Source: Acholeplasmataceae bacterium
Lineage (GTDB): Bacteria; Bacillota_I; Bacilli_A; Acholeplasmatales; Acholeplasmataceae
Reading direction: 5' to 3'
Length of the DNA stretch: 64,000 nucleotides
NCBI GenBank assembly: GCA_963667565.1
Contig: OY763415.1
Location: forward strand, 1,248,001 to 1,312,000
Numbering within the stretch: position 1 is the stretch's first letter; every line of letters starts with the position of its first letter. The notes below the pieces were generated by a model. The model did not search any database. It was given only the letters and a program-made list of their open reading frames with translations, and was not told the origin of the DNA. The position numbers and the translations under genes were made by a program. This document shows, piece after piece, positions 37,093 through 45,850 of the stretch.

Positions 37093-38265
37093 TTATTTAT
37101 TAAACATGATCTTTTCTGAATTAAACATCTTAGTTAAAATCCAGACTCCAATTGATACGATGACAAGGTTTGATCCGATAGTAATTGCTAAATATCCTGG
37201 ATTCACAGTTAAACTTAAAATGCTTGTGATACTTTGAACTGAATTATACAAAGGAATAAAATATGCGTATAAACTTGAACTTGTTGTTCCTAACATAGAT
37301 GAAATTCCTATAAGCATATTAAGCATCATAAATGGAATAGCAAGTGATGCTGCTTCTTTAATTGTCTTAGCATACGCAGATACAATTGATAATAATACTA
37401 CATAAATAAGCACTGTTGAAATGATGACAATAAATAATAAGATATATGTTCCAGCACCATACATGCTTACGGTGACATTAGCCCCGCCTAATAATTTTGG
37501 TAAAGACAACATCACGCCAGCAAATGAAGAAGTCGCACTAACTAAGGTAATCATACTTAATGAGATAATCTTTCCAAGCGCAATCTCACTTCTCTTTGTT
37601 GGTGTCATAAGAAGTGTAGCAATCGTTCCTCGTTCTTTTTCACCAGCAATTGATTCTGATGATACAGACATTGCTCCACTAAATAAGAATGTCATTAACA
37701 AAAATGGTAATAAGGTTGTAATGAGTTTAATCGACAAATCATTTTCAGTTGCTTGATCATATGAAACATCTGTTTCTCTATTGATATCAAATTTATTTGA
37801 AAGTTGAGATTCATAATAATCAAATACAGAAACATAATAACTATAGATTGCACTTGATTCATTACTTGTAGAATTATAAAATATTTGAATTTCTGGTGCA
37901 TCTCCATTACCAACAGTATAATCCATCATATCTTGATAAAAATTAGTATCAAATTTGATGTATAAGTCAACTGTCTTATTTTCAATAGCTTTTAAAATAT
38001 CTGCATCTGACATATCTGGTGTCAAAACAGTGATATTAAATGCTTCACTATGGTTAAATCCATCTAATTCAGTTGGTTGATTTTCCACATATACTTGATA
38101 TTCGTAAGTAGGATCTACAGAAGATAACTGTGAAGTGAAGTTACCCATAATAGAATATAATACAAAGATTAAAACCCCTGGAAGAATGAGTGAAATAAGC
38201 ATTCTTCTATCTGTAAATACACGTTTAAGTTCTTTTTTTATCATTGTGATAACATTATTACTCAT
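37093..38265 (-). CDS. ABC-2 type exporter permease (NatB-like)
   Basis: KKELKRVFTDRR, IAGEKERGTIATLLMTP..RSEIALGK, YAKTIKEA; start set at MSNN after GAGGTG. Confidence 0.88.
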   Translation of the reverse strand: MSNNVITMIKKELKRVFTDRRMLISLILPGVLIFVLYSIMGNFTSQLSSVDPTYEYQVYVENQPTELDGFNHSEAFNITVLTPDMSDADILKAIENKTVDLYIKFDTNFYQDMMDYTVGNGDAPEIQIFYNSTSNESSAIYSYYVSVFDYYESQLSNKFDINRETDVSYDQATENDLSIKLITTLLPFLLMTFLFSGAMSVSSESIAGEKERGTIATLLMTPTKRSEIALGKIISLSMITLVSATSSFAGVMLSLPKLLGGANVTVSMYGAGTYILLFIVIISTVLIYVVLLSIVSAYAKTIKEAASLAIPFMMLNMLIGISSMLGTTSSSLYAYFIPLYNSVQSITSILSLTVNPGYLAITIGSNLVIVSIGVWILTKMFNSEKIMFNK

Positions 38266-39037
38266 GTGATTCACCTCTATGATCTTCATAAAGTTCAAAG
38301 AACACATCTTCTAGTGTTTTTTCTTTAGTCATATTTTCTACACTATCTTCTAGCGCCATTTTACCATCAATGATAATACCCACTCTATCACATAACTTCT
38401 CAACTAATGAGAAAATATGCGTTGATAAAATAACTGTTTTGCCTTCCTTCTTTAAATCAATTAAGAAGTCAGTTACTGTTTTAGCAGTAATAATATCAAG
38501 GCCGTTCGTTGGTTCATCAAAGATAATGATATTTGGGTTATGGACTAGTGAAATCACGAGTGAAACTTTTTGTTTCATCCCAGTTGATAAATCTGCAACT
38601 TTAACTTCCATGAATTCATCAATGCCAAATTTTTTAAACATGATTTCTTTTCGTTCGTTTGCGATTTTTTCATCTACTTGATGTAATTTACTAAAATAAT
38701 CATATAAATAATTAGGTGTAAAAAAATCTTCAAGTTTTAACTCACTTGTTAAAAATCCTATTTTCGCATGAACAATACTTGGATCATCATTAATGGAAAC
38801 TCCATCAATGGTTGCTTCTCCTTGATCTGGTTTAATGAGTGCAGCTAACATTCTTAAAGTTGTTGTTTTACCTGCACCATTTGGCCCAAGTAAGCCATAT
38901 ATTTCTCCTTCATATGCGGAAAAGCTTAAATGATCTACAGCAACTTTTTTTGTTTCTTTTGTATTTTGAATTTTTTGTTGTTTTTTTGATAAGTTAAATG
39001 TTTTAACTAAATCATTTACTTCTAGTAATGCTTTCAT
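38258..39037 (-). CDS. ABC exporter ATP-binding protein (NatA-like)
   Basis: GPNGAGKTT, LSTGMKQK, FDEPTNGLD, STH. Confidence 0.92.
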   Translation of the reverse strand: MKALLEVNDLVKTFNLSKKQQKIQNTKETKKVAVDHLSFSAYEGEIYGLLGPNGAGKTTTLRMLAALIKPDQGEATIDGVSINDDPSIVHAKIGFLTSELKLEDFFTPNYLYDYFSKLHQVDEKIANERKEIMFKKFGIDEFMEVKVADLSTGMKQKVSLVISLVHNPNIIIFDEPTNGLDIITAKTVTDFLIDLKKEGKTVILSTHIFSLVEKLCDRVGIIIDGKMALEDSVENMTKEKTLEDVFFELYEDHRGESHE

Positions 39038-39049
39038 TTACTATCCTCC

Positions 39050-39460
39050 TTAAAATTTCTTTTGATATATATATCCCATTGCTTGGATAAATAAAGTTTC
39101 GAATAAAATCATGCCTGCAATTGCTAATGATATAATTTGTAGTGTTTCAAACAAACCAAAGACAACCACTAAAATAACTGATAATAAAATATGGAAATAA
39201 TAACCCGCACTCATTTGTTTTTCCTTGATCATGATGATTCGCTCATCACTTTCACTAATTTCTACTTTTTTCATAAACGTCTTACTATTTTGTGCAATTA
39301 AAGAAAACAATATGACTGTGATTCCAAATGATAACGTAAATCCACTTAAATAATCATTTAAAAAATGTAGTGCAAAATTAAGGGAAAACACAAATAATGA
39401 TATGAGTCCGATGATTAACATCCATTGTAAATATTTTTTTGTAAATGACTTACGCTTCAT
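39050..39460 (-). CDS. Hypothetical 4-TM membrane protein (DUF2178-like)
   Basis: SDERIIMIKEK motif between TM pairs; downstream of a small XRE gene. Confidence 0.6.
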   Translation of the reverse strand: MKRKSFTKKYLQWMLIIGLISLFVFSLNFALHFLNDYLSGFTLSFGITVILFSLIAQNSKTFMKKVEISESDERIIMIKEKQMSAGYYFHILLSVILVVVFGLFETLQIISLAIAGMILFETLFIQAMGYIYQKKF

Positions 39461-39663
39461 CTGTCTTCCTCCTCATCATAAATAAATATATGTTCTATTG
39501 TAGTTTCAAATAACTTAGCAATCTTAAAAGCCAAAACAATCGAAGGGTTATATTTTCCTTTTTCAAGAGAAATAATCGTTTGTCTAGAAACTTTGAGCAT
39601 CTGCGCAAGTTCTTCTTGATTTAAATTTTTCTCTTTCCTTAATTGTTCAAGCATGTTTTTCAT
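39457..39663 (-). CDS. XRE/Cro HTH transcriptional regulator
   Basis: LRKEKNLNQEELA..VSRQTIISLEKGKYNPS..LAFKIA; start set at ATG 39663 after GGAG. Confidence 0.92.
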   Translation of the reverse strand: MKNMLEQLRKEKNLNQEELAQMLKVSRQTIISLEKGKYNPSIVLAFKIAKLFETTIEHIFIYDEEEDR

Positions 39664-39674
39664 ATCATCACTCC

Positions 39675-39740
39675 AATGTAAAACTAACTTTACATTTATC
39701 ATTATACAACGAAAAAGTTTAATGTCAAGCGCGCTTTACA
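39675..39740 (-). promoter_or_regulatory. Promoter with two palindromic operators, likely XRE autoregulation
   Basis: AATGTAAA-ACTAAC-TTTACATT (39675-39696) and TGTCAA-GCGCGC-TTTACA (39723-39740); minus-strand TTGACA-16 nt-TATAAT. Confidence 0.65.
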
Positions 39741-39792
39741 AAAAAAGCACATGAGATTGTGCCTTTTTTTACTTAAAAAACTTGATTACTCA

Positions 39793-41205
39793 TTATTTTG
39801 TAAAAATTAAATACTGATACCCTTCAAGTATAAATGTTTGATATTCTTCTAATTTAACTTGATTACCACTAGAATCGGTCCAATAATCCATATAAGTATT
39901 CATCTCAACTGTTTGTGTGATGGTATAAGAAGATAAATTTGCTACTACAAGCACGTAGTCATCTGATGCTTCATCAAAGCGAACAAATGCAAGTATATCT
40001 GGATCATTGACATATAAAAAGTCAGTAGAATTCGTGAAATTATCATTATATAGTGCTTCATGATTGACTTTTAAATCAATAAGAGATTCTAAAAAAGGTT
40101 GATCATCATATTGATTCCAATTGATTTGATCTTTTTCGAAAAATTGAAGCATGTGTTCACTTGAGGACTCTTGTCCAGAATAAATAAGTGGCATACCAGG
40201 TAATGTAAATGTAAGCATTGTCATCAAAGATTTGCTTTCACCAAATCTAGATTCTATGGTTCCTTCCCATGAGTTAATATCATGATTTGTCATAAAATTT
40301 AATGGAAATGCACCATAAGGATATCTTTGGTTTGCAAATTTTAAGTAGTTTATTAAATCAATGACTTGTTCATTTTGTTGATAAATTGATTGTAAATGAG
40401 CAAGCAAATCCCAGCCACCATAATTGGCATCAAATGTATCAAACCAATCAGATCTTGTATTATCTTCAGCTAAGAAAAAGATGTCCTCTTTGAGACTTGC
40501 GACTCTACTTCTTAATGTTTCCCATGTGCTTTTTTCAACACCGCTTGCAAAATCACATCTAAATCCATCAATATCAAAATCATGAATCCAAAAGTATAAA
40601 ACATCTCCCAATGCTTGTATCGTATCGCTTCTAGAAGTATCTAGTTCAGCTACATCATACCAAGTAGTTCCTATCGGATGTGTAATCTCTCCATTGACAT
40701 GTAGGTAATACTCAGGATGGTCACTTATCCAATCATGGTCCCAACCCGTATGATTAAAGACAATATCCATCACAATTTTAAATCCCATATCTTTAGCCGT
40801 TTGTACTAAATGCCTATAATCTTCAAGCGTACCAAATTCAGGATTCACACTATAATAATCTTTAATTGAATAATAAGAACCTAACGTACCTATTCTATTC
40901 ACTAAAGATATCTCATGTATAGGCATAAACCATAATATTTCAACACCTAGTTCTTTAAGTCTAGGTAAATTTGATTCGAATGCTCGAAATGTGCCTTCTT
41001 CACTATATTGTCTAAAATTGACTTCATACATGACGCTATCATTCATCCAATCAGGCATAGAAATACTTGATGTACTTATGTTTTGATTATCACCAATATA
41101 AGTAGGTAGATGACTTGAAAAGACATAGGGGTCTTCCGTGCTGCATGAAGTGAGCATCAACAAACTCATAAATATATATAATATGTATATTTTTTTATTT
41201 CTCAT
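39793..41205 (-). CDS. Lipoprotein GH13 alpha-amylase family enzyme
   Basis: Lipobox LTSC; YEVNFRQ, WFMPIH, GSYYSIKDY, DIVFNHT, DGFRCDFA, LAE, NHD, PLIYSGQE. Confidence 0.88.
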   Translation of the reverse strand: MRNKKIYILYIFMSLLMLTSCSTEDPYVFSSHLPTYIGDNQNISTSSISMPDWMNDSVMYEVNFRQYSEEGTFRAFESNLPRLKELGVEILWFMPIHEISLVNRIGTLGSYYSIKDYYSVNPEFGTLEDYRHLVQTAKDMGFKIVMDIVFNHTGWDHDWISDHPEYYLHVNGEITHPIGTTWYDVAELDTSRSDTIQALGDVLYFWIHDFDIDGFRCDFASGVEKSTWETLRSRVASLKEDIFFLAEDNTRSDWFDTFDANYGGWDLLAHLQSIYQQNEQVIDLINYLKFANQRYPYGAFPLNFMTNHDINSWEGTIESRFGESKSLMTMLTFTLPGMPLIYSGQESSSEHMLQFFEKDQINWNQYDDQPFLESLIDLKVNHEALYNDNFTNSTDFLYVNDPDILAFVRFDEASDDYVLVVANLSSYTITQTVEMNTYMDYWTDSSGNQVKLEEYQTFILEGYQYLIFTK

Positions 41206-41250
41206 GATTGAACCTCATCTGTGTGACTTACTTATATTATACACAATTAT

Positions 41251-41311
41251 ATCGATACATCGATTGTATAAATAGGGGTTTCATGCTATAGTTATTATAT
41301 AATAATAACTA
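41251..41311. promoter_or_regulatory. Two palindromes in the divergent GH13/GH35 promoter region
   Basis: ATCGAT-AC-ATCGAT (41251-41264) and TAGTTATTAT-ATA-ATAATAACTA (41289-41311). Confidence 0.4.
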
Positions 41312-41325
41312 ATGTGAGGTTATAT

Positions 41326-43722
41326 ATGTCATTAACAATTAAAGATAAACAATTACTACTTGATGGTATTCCACAAACACTTATGTTTGCTGAATTTCAT
41401 TATTATAGAACAAAGCGCGATGAATGGGAAGATAGAATCAAACAAATCGTTGATGCAGGATTTCAAGGAATAGCATCTTATATCCCTTGGCTATTACATG
41501 AATATCATGAAAAAGATTTTGATTTTACCGGCAAATATCATGAAGCACATGATTTAATTGGCTTTATTGAATTGGTAGAATCTTACGGTCTTTATTTCAT
41601 TCCAAGACCAGGCCCATTCATAATGGCTGAAATGAAAAATGATGGTATCCCTTTTTGGGTATCACAAAAGTATCCCGATATTAAACCTGTCACTTGGCTC
41701 CACAAAGAAGGAACCACAGTGACTGTTGATTATATGAATGAACATTTCTTAGAAGCTGCTAAATCATATTATGAACAAGTTATTCCTATTTTAGTAGATC
41801 ATATGTATCCAAAGGGTAAAATTATTGCCTTACAATTAGATAATGAAGTAGGTATGCTTTCTTGGGTTAGCAATAATCCAGAATTAAATGATCCTGTCAT
41901 TAAGTCTTTTACTGATTTCATTAAATCTAGTTATCAAAACCCATTAGAACTTTATCCATTTTTAAACAGCTCATTTGATGAAATCAAACATAAAATCAGA
42001 GTTCCAGAAACATCTTATCTAAATCAACTCCATTTTGATTTAGGACATTTCTTTCGAACGAGACTTGCATCATATATTACATATTTAAAAAACATATCCA
42101 TAGATTTAGGTTTTAATCAAAATCTTTTTATCATTAATATTCACGGCTGTAGTGGAGGAAGATCAACGACTTATCCAATTGGTCTGTCTCAATTATATGA
42201 AGCTTATACCAATCAAAAAGATGTGATTTCAGGTAGCGATTTATATATCAATGATTTTGATGTCCCTACTTTTCAAGATTCTTATATGGCAAATATATTA
42301 ACGGATGCATTAAACGATAAGGATCAAGTGTTAACTTCTCTTGAATTTAGTGCTGGTACTGGTGATTACGGCGATAATTATTCTCAGCGTTATTCAACAT
42401 CAAGAATTGATTTAATGACGAGATCCTATGTTGCATTAGGTAATAGACTGCTTAATTTCTATACATTTGCTGGAGGTACAAACTATCGATTAAATGATCA
42501 TCTTGATGATGGTAATGATCGAATAGCAACCACTGGTGAACGTCATGGATTTGCTGCACCTATTGATCCCGAAGGAAACAAATCTTATGTTTTTGATAAA
42601 ACCAAAGAAGTTGTCACACTAATGAAATATCATCAGTTTCATTTGGCAAAACAAAAACCAGTCTTTGATGATATCACTTATGGTTTTATTCCTGATTATT
42701 TTATGACTGAGTTTCATTATCCTGATGTTTCACCAACCATTCATCAAAATATATCAAAATATAGAGGTGGCATGTTTTGGGATGTAATTTCAAAATCATT
42801 ATTACTTCTAAACTATCATTTTGATGCTACTGATTTGCAACGATTTAACCCTGATCCAAATAAACTTCTATTGCTCCCCTCTGCGACATATATGGAAGCC
42901 TTTATTCAACAAAAGATTGTAGACTTTTTGAAACAAGATGGTCGCCTTCTTCTTTATGGAGAACTTCCAAGATTTGATTTAAAAGGTAACGATTGCTCAA
43001 TTTTATCTGATTATTTAGAACTAGAATTTATACAAAACGAAATTCATAAACCACATCCATATCGTTCTTCAATTATTTCCAAACATATATTAGAAGGCAA
43101 GAAAGAATTACATAGACCTTTTTGGCAAACATGGAAGACCAGTGATCCAAAAAATGTATTATTATCAGTTTATGGTATTAATGAAGATTGTGGATTCATC
43201 TTTGATAAACCTCACAAGAAAGCCATTATCATAACAAGTGAATTTCATAGCGATTTAGAAGCATTTGAAAAATTCATGCGTTTCTTCAACGTTAATAAAC
43301 ATATACATACTTCAACAATCACATATCATGGTGTATTTATTTTTCAAAGTCAAAACGAAGCATTAGAATCTTATATGCATATCATCAATTTAGATGATTT
43401 TAATAAAACATTTGAAGTTTTGCTTCATGGTAAACCACGACTTATTGAACTTGAATCTAGACAAGCACTTATGCTACCTATGAATCTTAAATTAAATAAT
43501 GACATTAAAATCTTATATACAACCAATGAAATAGATGCTTTTGATGACAACCATTTAAGTATCAAACTTGCAGGGAAATCTTTTAATCTCCAACTAGAGA
43601 CTAAAAAATTAGTTACTTGTGATGACCCATTCGTTAAGATTAAGGTCAAAGATTCAATTGTTGATATTGCAAGAACAAATCGATTGTTTGATGAATCTCA
43701 TATAACAATAAAAATAAAGTAG
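41326..43722 (+). CDS. GH35-like glycoside hydrolase (GlmA-type architecture)
   Basis: EFHYYR, YIPWLLHE, FDFTG, RPGPFIMAE, QLDNE (acid/base), SLEF (likely nucleophile), GGTN; ATG 41326 after GAGGT. Confidence 0.85.
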   Translation: MSLTIKDKQLLLDGIPQTLMFAEFHYYRTKRDEWEDRIKQIVDAGFQGIASYIPWLLHEYHEKDFDFTGKYHEAHDLIGFIELVESYGLYFIPRPGPFIMAEMKNDGIPFWVSQKYPDIKPVTWLHKEGTTVTVDYMNEHFLEAAKSYYEQVIPILVDHMYPKGKIIALQLDNEVGMLSWVSNNPELNDPVIKSFTDFIKSSYQNPLELYPFLNSSFDEIKHKIRVPETSYLNQLHFDLGHFFRTRLASYITYLKNISIDLGFNQNLFIINIHGCSGGRSTTYPIGLSQLYEAYTNQKDVISGSDLYINDFDVPTFQDSYMANILTDALNDKDQVLTSLEFSAGTGDYGDNYSQRYSTSRIDLMTRSYVALGNRLLNFYTFAGGTNYRLNDHLDDGNDRIATTGERHGFAAPIDPEGNKSYVFDKTKEVVTLMKYHQFHLAKQKPVFDDITYGFIPDYFMTEFHYPDVSPTIHQNISKYRGGMFWDVISKSLLLLNYHFDATDLQRFNPDPNKLLLLPSATYMEAFIQQKIVDFLKQDGRLLLYGELPRFDLKGNDCSILSDYLELEFIQNEIHKPHPYRSSIISKHILEGKKELHRPFWQTWKTSDPKNVLLSVYGINEDCGFIFDKPHKKAIIITSEFHSDLEAFEKFMRFFNVNKHIHTSTITYHGVFIFQSQNEALESYMHIINLDDFNKTFEVLLHGKPRLIELESRQALMLPMNLKLNNDIKILYTTNEIDAFDDNHLSIKLAGKSFNLQLETKKLVTCDDPFVKIKVKDSIVDIARTNRLFDESHITIKIK

Positions 43723-43746
43723 CTTTTAATTAAAGCTACTTTTTTT
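43716..43746. terminator. Bidirectional terminator overlapping both stop codons
   Basis: AAAGTAGCTTT-TAATT-AAAGCTACTTT. Confidence 0.7.
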
Positions 43747-44851
43747 CTATAATTAGACCTTGTTCTATATCTTTTGCAAGTGATAAAAATCTTTCATGAG
43801 CATATGTAAAAAAATGCTGGTTCGCTTTACAAAATACATCTTTGTGACTTAAATCTCTTCTTCTTTTACAACCTGTTCTACAAAGTGAGAACCATGGACA
43901 AGTATAACAATCTTCATGTTTATCCATTGATTCATAAATAAATTTTTTTGAAACATCATTAAACATAAGTGCATGAAATCCTTCATCAATCATCCCTAAT
44001 TTATGTTTCTCATCCACATAAAAGTCACAAGGATAAACACTACCATCAGATTCAATGACGTTTTGTATTGAACACATCCCTTTCATTTCACAACTATCAG
44101 GTTCATATCCTAAATACATTAAAAGAATTTGGTCGAAGTACTTAATTGAGACCAATTCATGATTTCTAATATCATCATACCAAAGATCAAATAGTGTTTT
44201 GATCATTTTCTCATATTTTTCTTCACTTAAATGTGGTGAAGTATACATCAAATTGATTTCAGACAATTCGGGTAGAAATTGTAGATGTGTCATCTTTTCA
44301 TCTTTATAAAATGCATAAACTTTTTCAATGTTATCTGCCAATTCATGATTTACCACAGTCAAAATATTGACATCAATATCATAAGCTATAAGTTTGTGAT
44401 ATTGCTCTAACACCTGATCAAAACTACTTTGATGATTCTTAAAATATCGATATGTATCATGGTGTTCTTTATATCCATCTAATGATAGACCTACAAGAAA
44501 TTGATGTTTATTTAAAAATAATAACCATGCTTCATTTAATAGCGTACCATTGGTTTGAATATTATAATGAATGATTTGTGACTGATTTTTGTGCAGTTCA
44601 ACATAATCAATAAAAGATTTAAAAAACGGTAAACCAATTAATGTTGGTTCACCGCCTTGAAATGAAAAATGAATATGTCCCATTGGCACTAAAAGCAGTG
44701 ATTGATCAATAATCTTAATCATGGTTTCTTGTGTCATAAAACCATAATCTTTAATCTCTCTATGATTTGCAATATCCTCATAAAAACAATATGAGCAAGC
44801 CATATTACATTTACTGCTTGAAGGTTTAATTAAGACAGATAATTGTTGCAT
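43736..44851 (-). CDS. Radical SAM/SPASM protein, anaerobic sulfatase-maturating enzyme (anSME) family
   Basis: LIKPSSSKCNMACSYCFY, FQGGEPTL, IQTNG, VGLSLDG, VIESDGSVYPCDFYV, CxxCxxxxxCxxGC. Confidence 0.88.
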   Translation of the reverse strand: MQQLSVLIKPSSSKCNMACSYCFYEDIANHREIKDYGFMTQETMIKIIDQSLLLVPMGHIHFSFQGGEPTLIGLPFFKSFIDYVELHKNQSQIIHYNIQTNGTLLNEAWLLFLNKHQFLVGLSLDGYKEHHDTYRYFKNHQSSFDQVLEQYHKLIAYDIDVNILTVVNHELADNIEKVYAFYKDEKMTHLQFLPELSEINLMYTSPHLSEEKYEKMIKTLFDLWYDDIRNHELVSIKYFDQILLMYLGYEPDSCEMKGMCSIQNVIESDGSVYPCDFYVDEKHKLGMIDEGFHALMFNDVSKKFIYESMDKHEDCYTCPWFSLCRTGCKRRRDLSHKDVFCKANQHFFTYAHERFLSLAKDIEQGLIIEKK

Positions 44852-44859
44852 GTTAACTC

Positions 44860-45812
44860 CTATGTATTTCTGATGATGAGTTTAACTGGGACTTTCTTTT
44901 GATTATCAACATTCATACCACCAAGAACTTCTAACATATCTTTAGCAACTTGAATCCCCCATGCTTGATGATCAATACCAATCGTAGACAATCCACCACT
45001 AATATATTGTGAAACATCAACATCATCAAAACCAATAATATTTAAATCTTGTGGCACTTTAATACCTTTAACTTGAAGTGCTTTAATCATACCGATTGCC
45101 ATTTCATCATTGGCACAAAAAACAGCATCAAAAGGCATCACATCACCTAGCATCTCAACAATTTGTTTTCCACTTTGCTCTGTAAAATCACCAAAGTAAA
45201 CCATTGGCGTTAATCCTTGTTCTTTAATGACATCTGTATATCCGCGATATCTTTCTTTATCATCATAGCTTCCAATAACACCTGATAGATAAGCAATTTT
45301 CTTTCTACCTTTTCCAACTAAATAGTTAGTTGCTATTTTAGCGCCTTCATAAGAATCAATAACGTGTGAGTAAGTAAGTTCTCCACCTGGATTAAAACGA
45401 TCTAATAAAATCGTAGGCATGTGAAGACTTTGTGCAATATGAATGGTCTTTTCTTCTACATTTGGACACATGATAATAGCTGCATCAATTTGACGTTCTG
45501 TTATCATTTTTTGGCATTTTTAGAAAACGAAACGATTAAATTATATTCGCTTCCTTCTAGTCCAGTAGCAATCCCATCATATATCTTATGATATACAGGT
45601 CCGCTAAACCCTGAAACGAAAAATCCAATGTTCATCGTATTTTTATTTTTTAGGTTTCTAGCAGCCGCATTAGGATAGTATTTTAATTTTTTAGCAATTG
45701 CCCATATTTTATCTTTTGTTGCTTGTGGAATATTACTTGCATCATTTAAAGCATAAGATACAGTTGAAATACTATAACCAGATGCTTTTGCAACGTCTTT
45801 AATTGTGACCAC
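44860..45812 (-). pseudogene. LacI family regulator split by a 1-nt frameshift in an A6 run
   Basis: 45504-45812 encodes the HTH half (TIKDVAKASGYSISTVSYALN) and 44860-45507 the sugar-binding half (FCANDEMAIG, IIGFDD). Junction is GCC AAA AAA TGA; one extra A gives a continuous LacI of about 317 aa. Confidence 0.85.
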
Positions 45813-45850
45813 ATCATCAACCCCTTTGACTATCTATAATGATAACCTAG

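Noticed and set aside
37046..38681. Several short ORFs overlapping the natAB-like genes
   Set aside because: Shadow ORFs of hydrophobic or conserved genes
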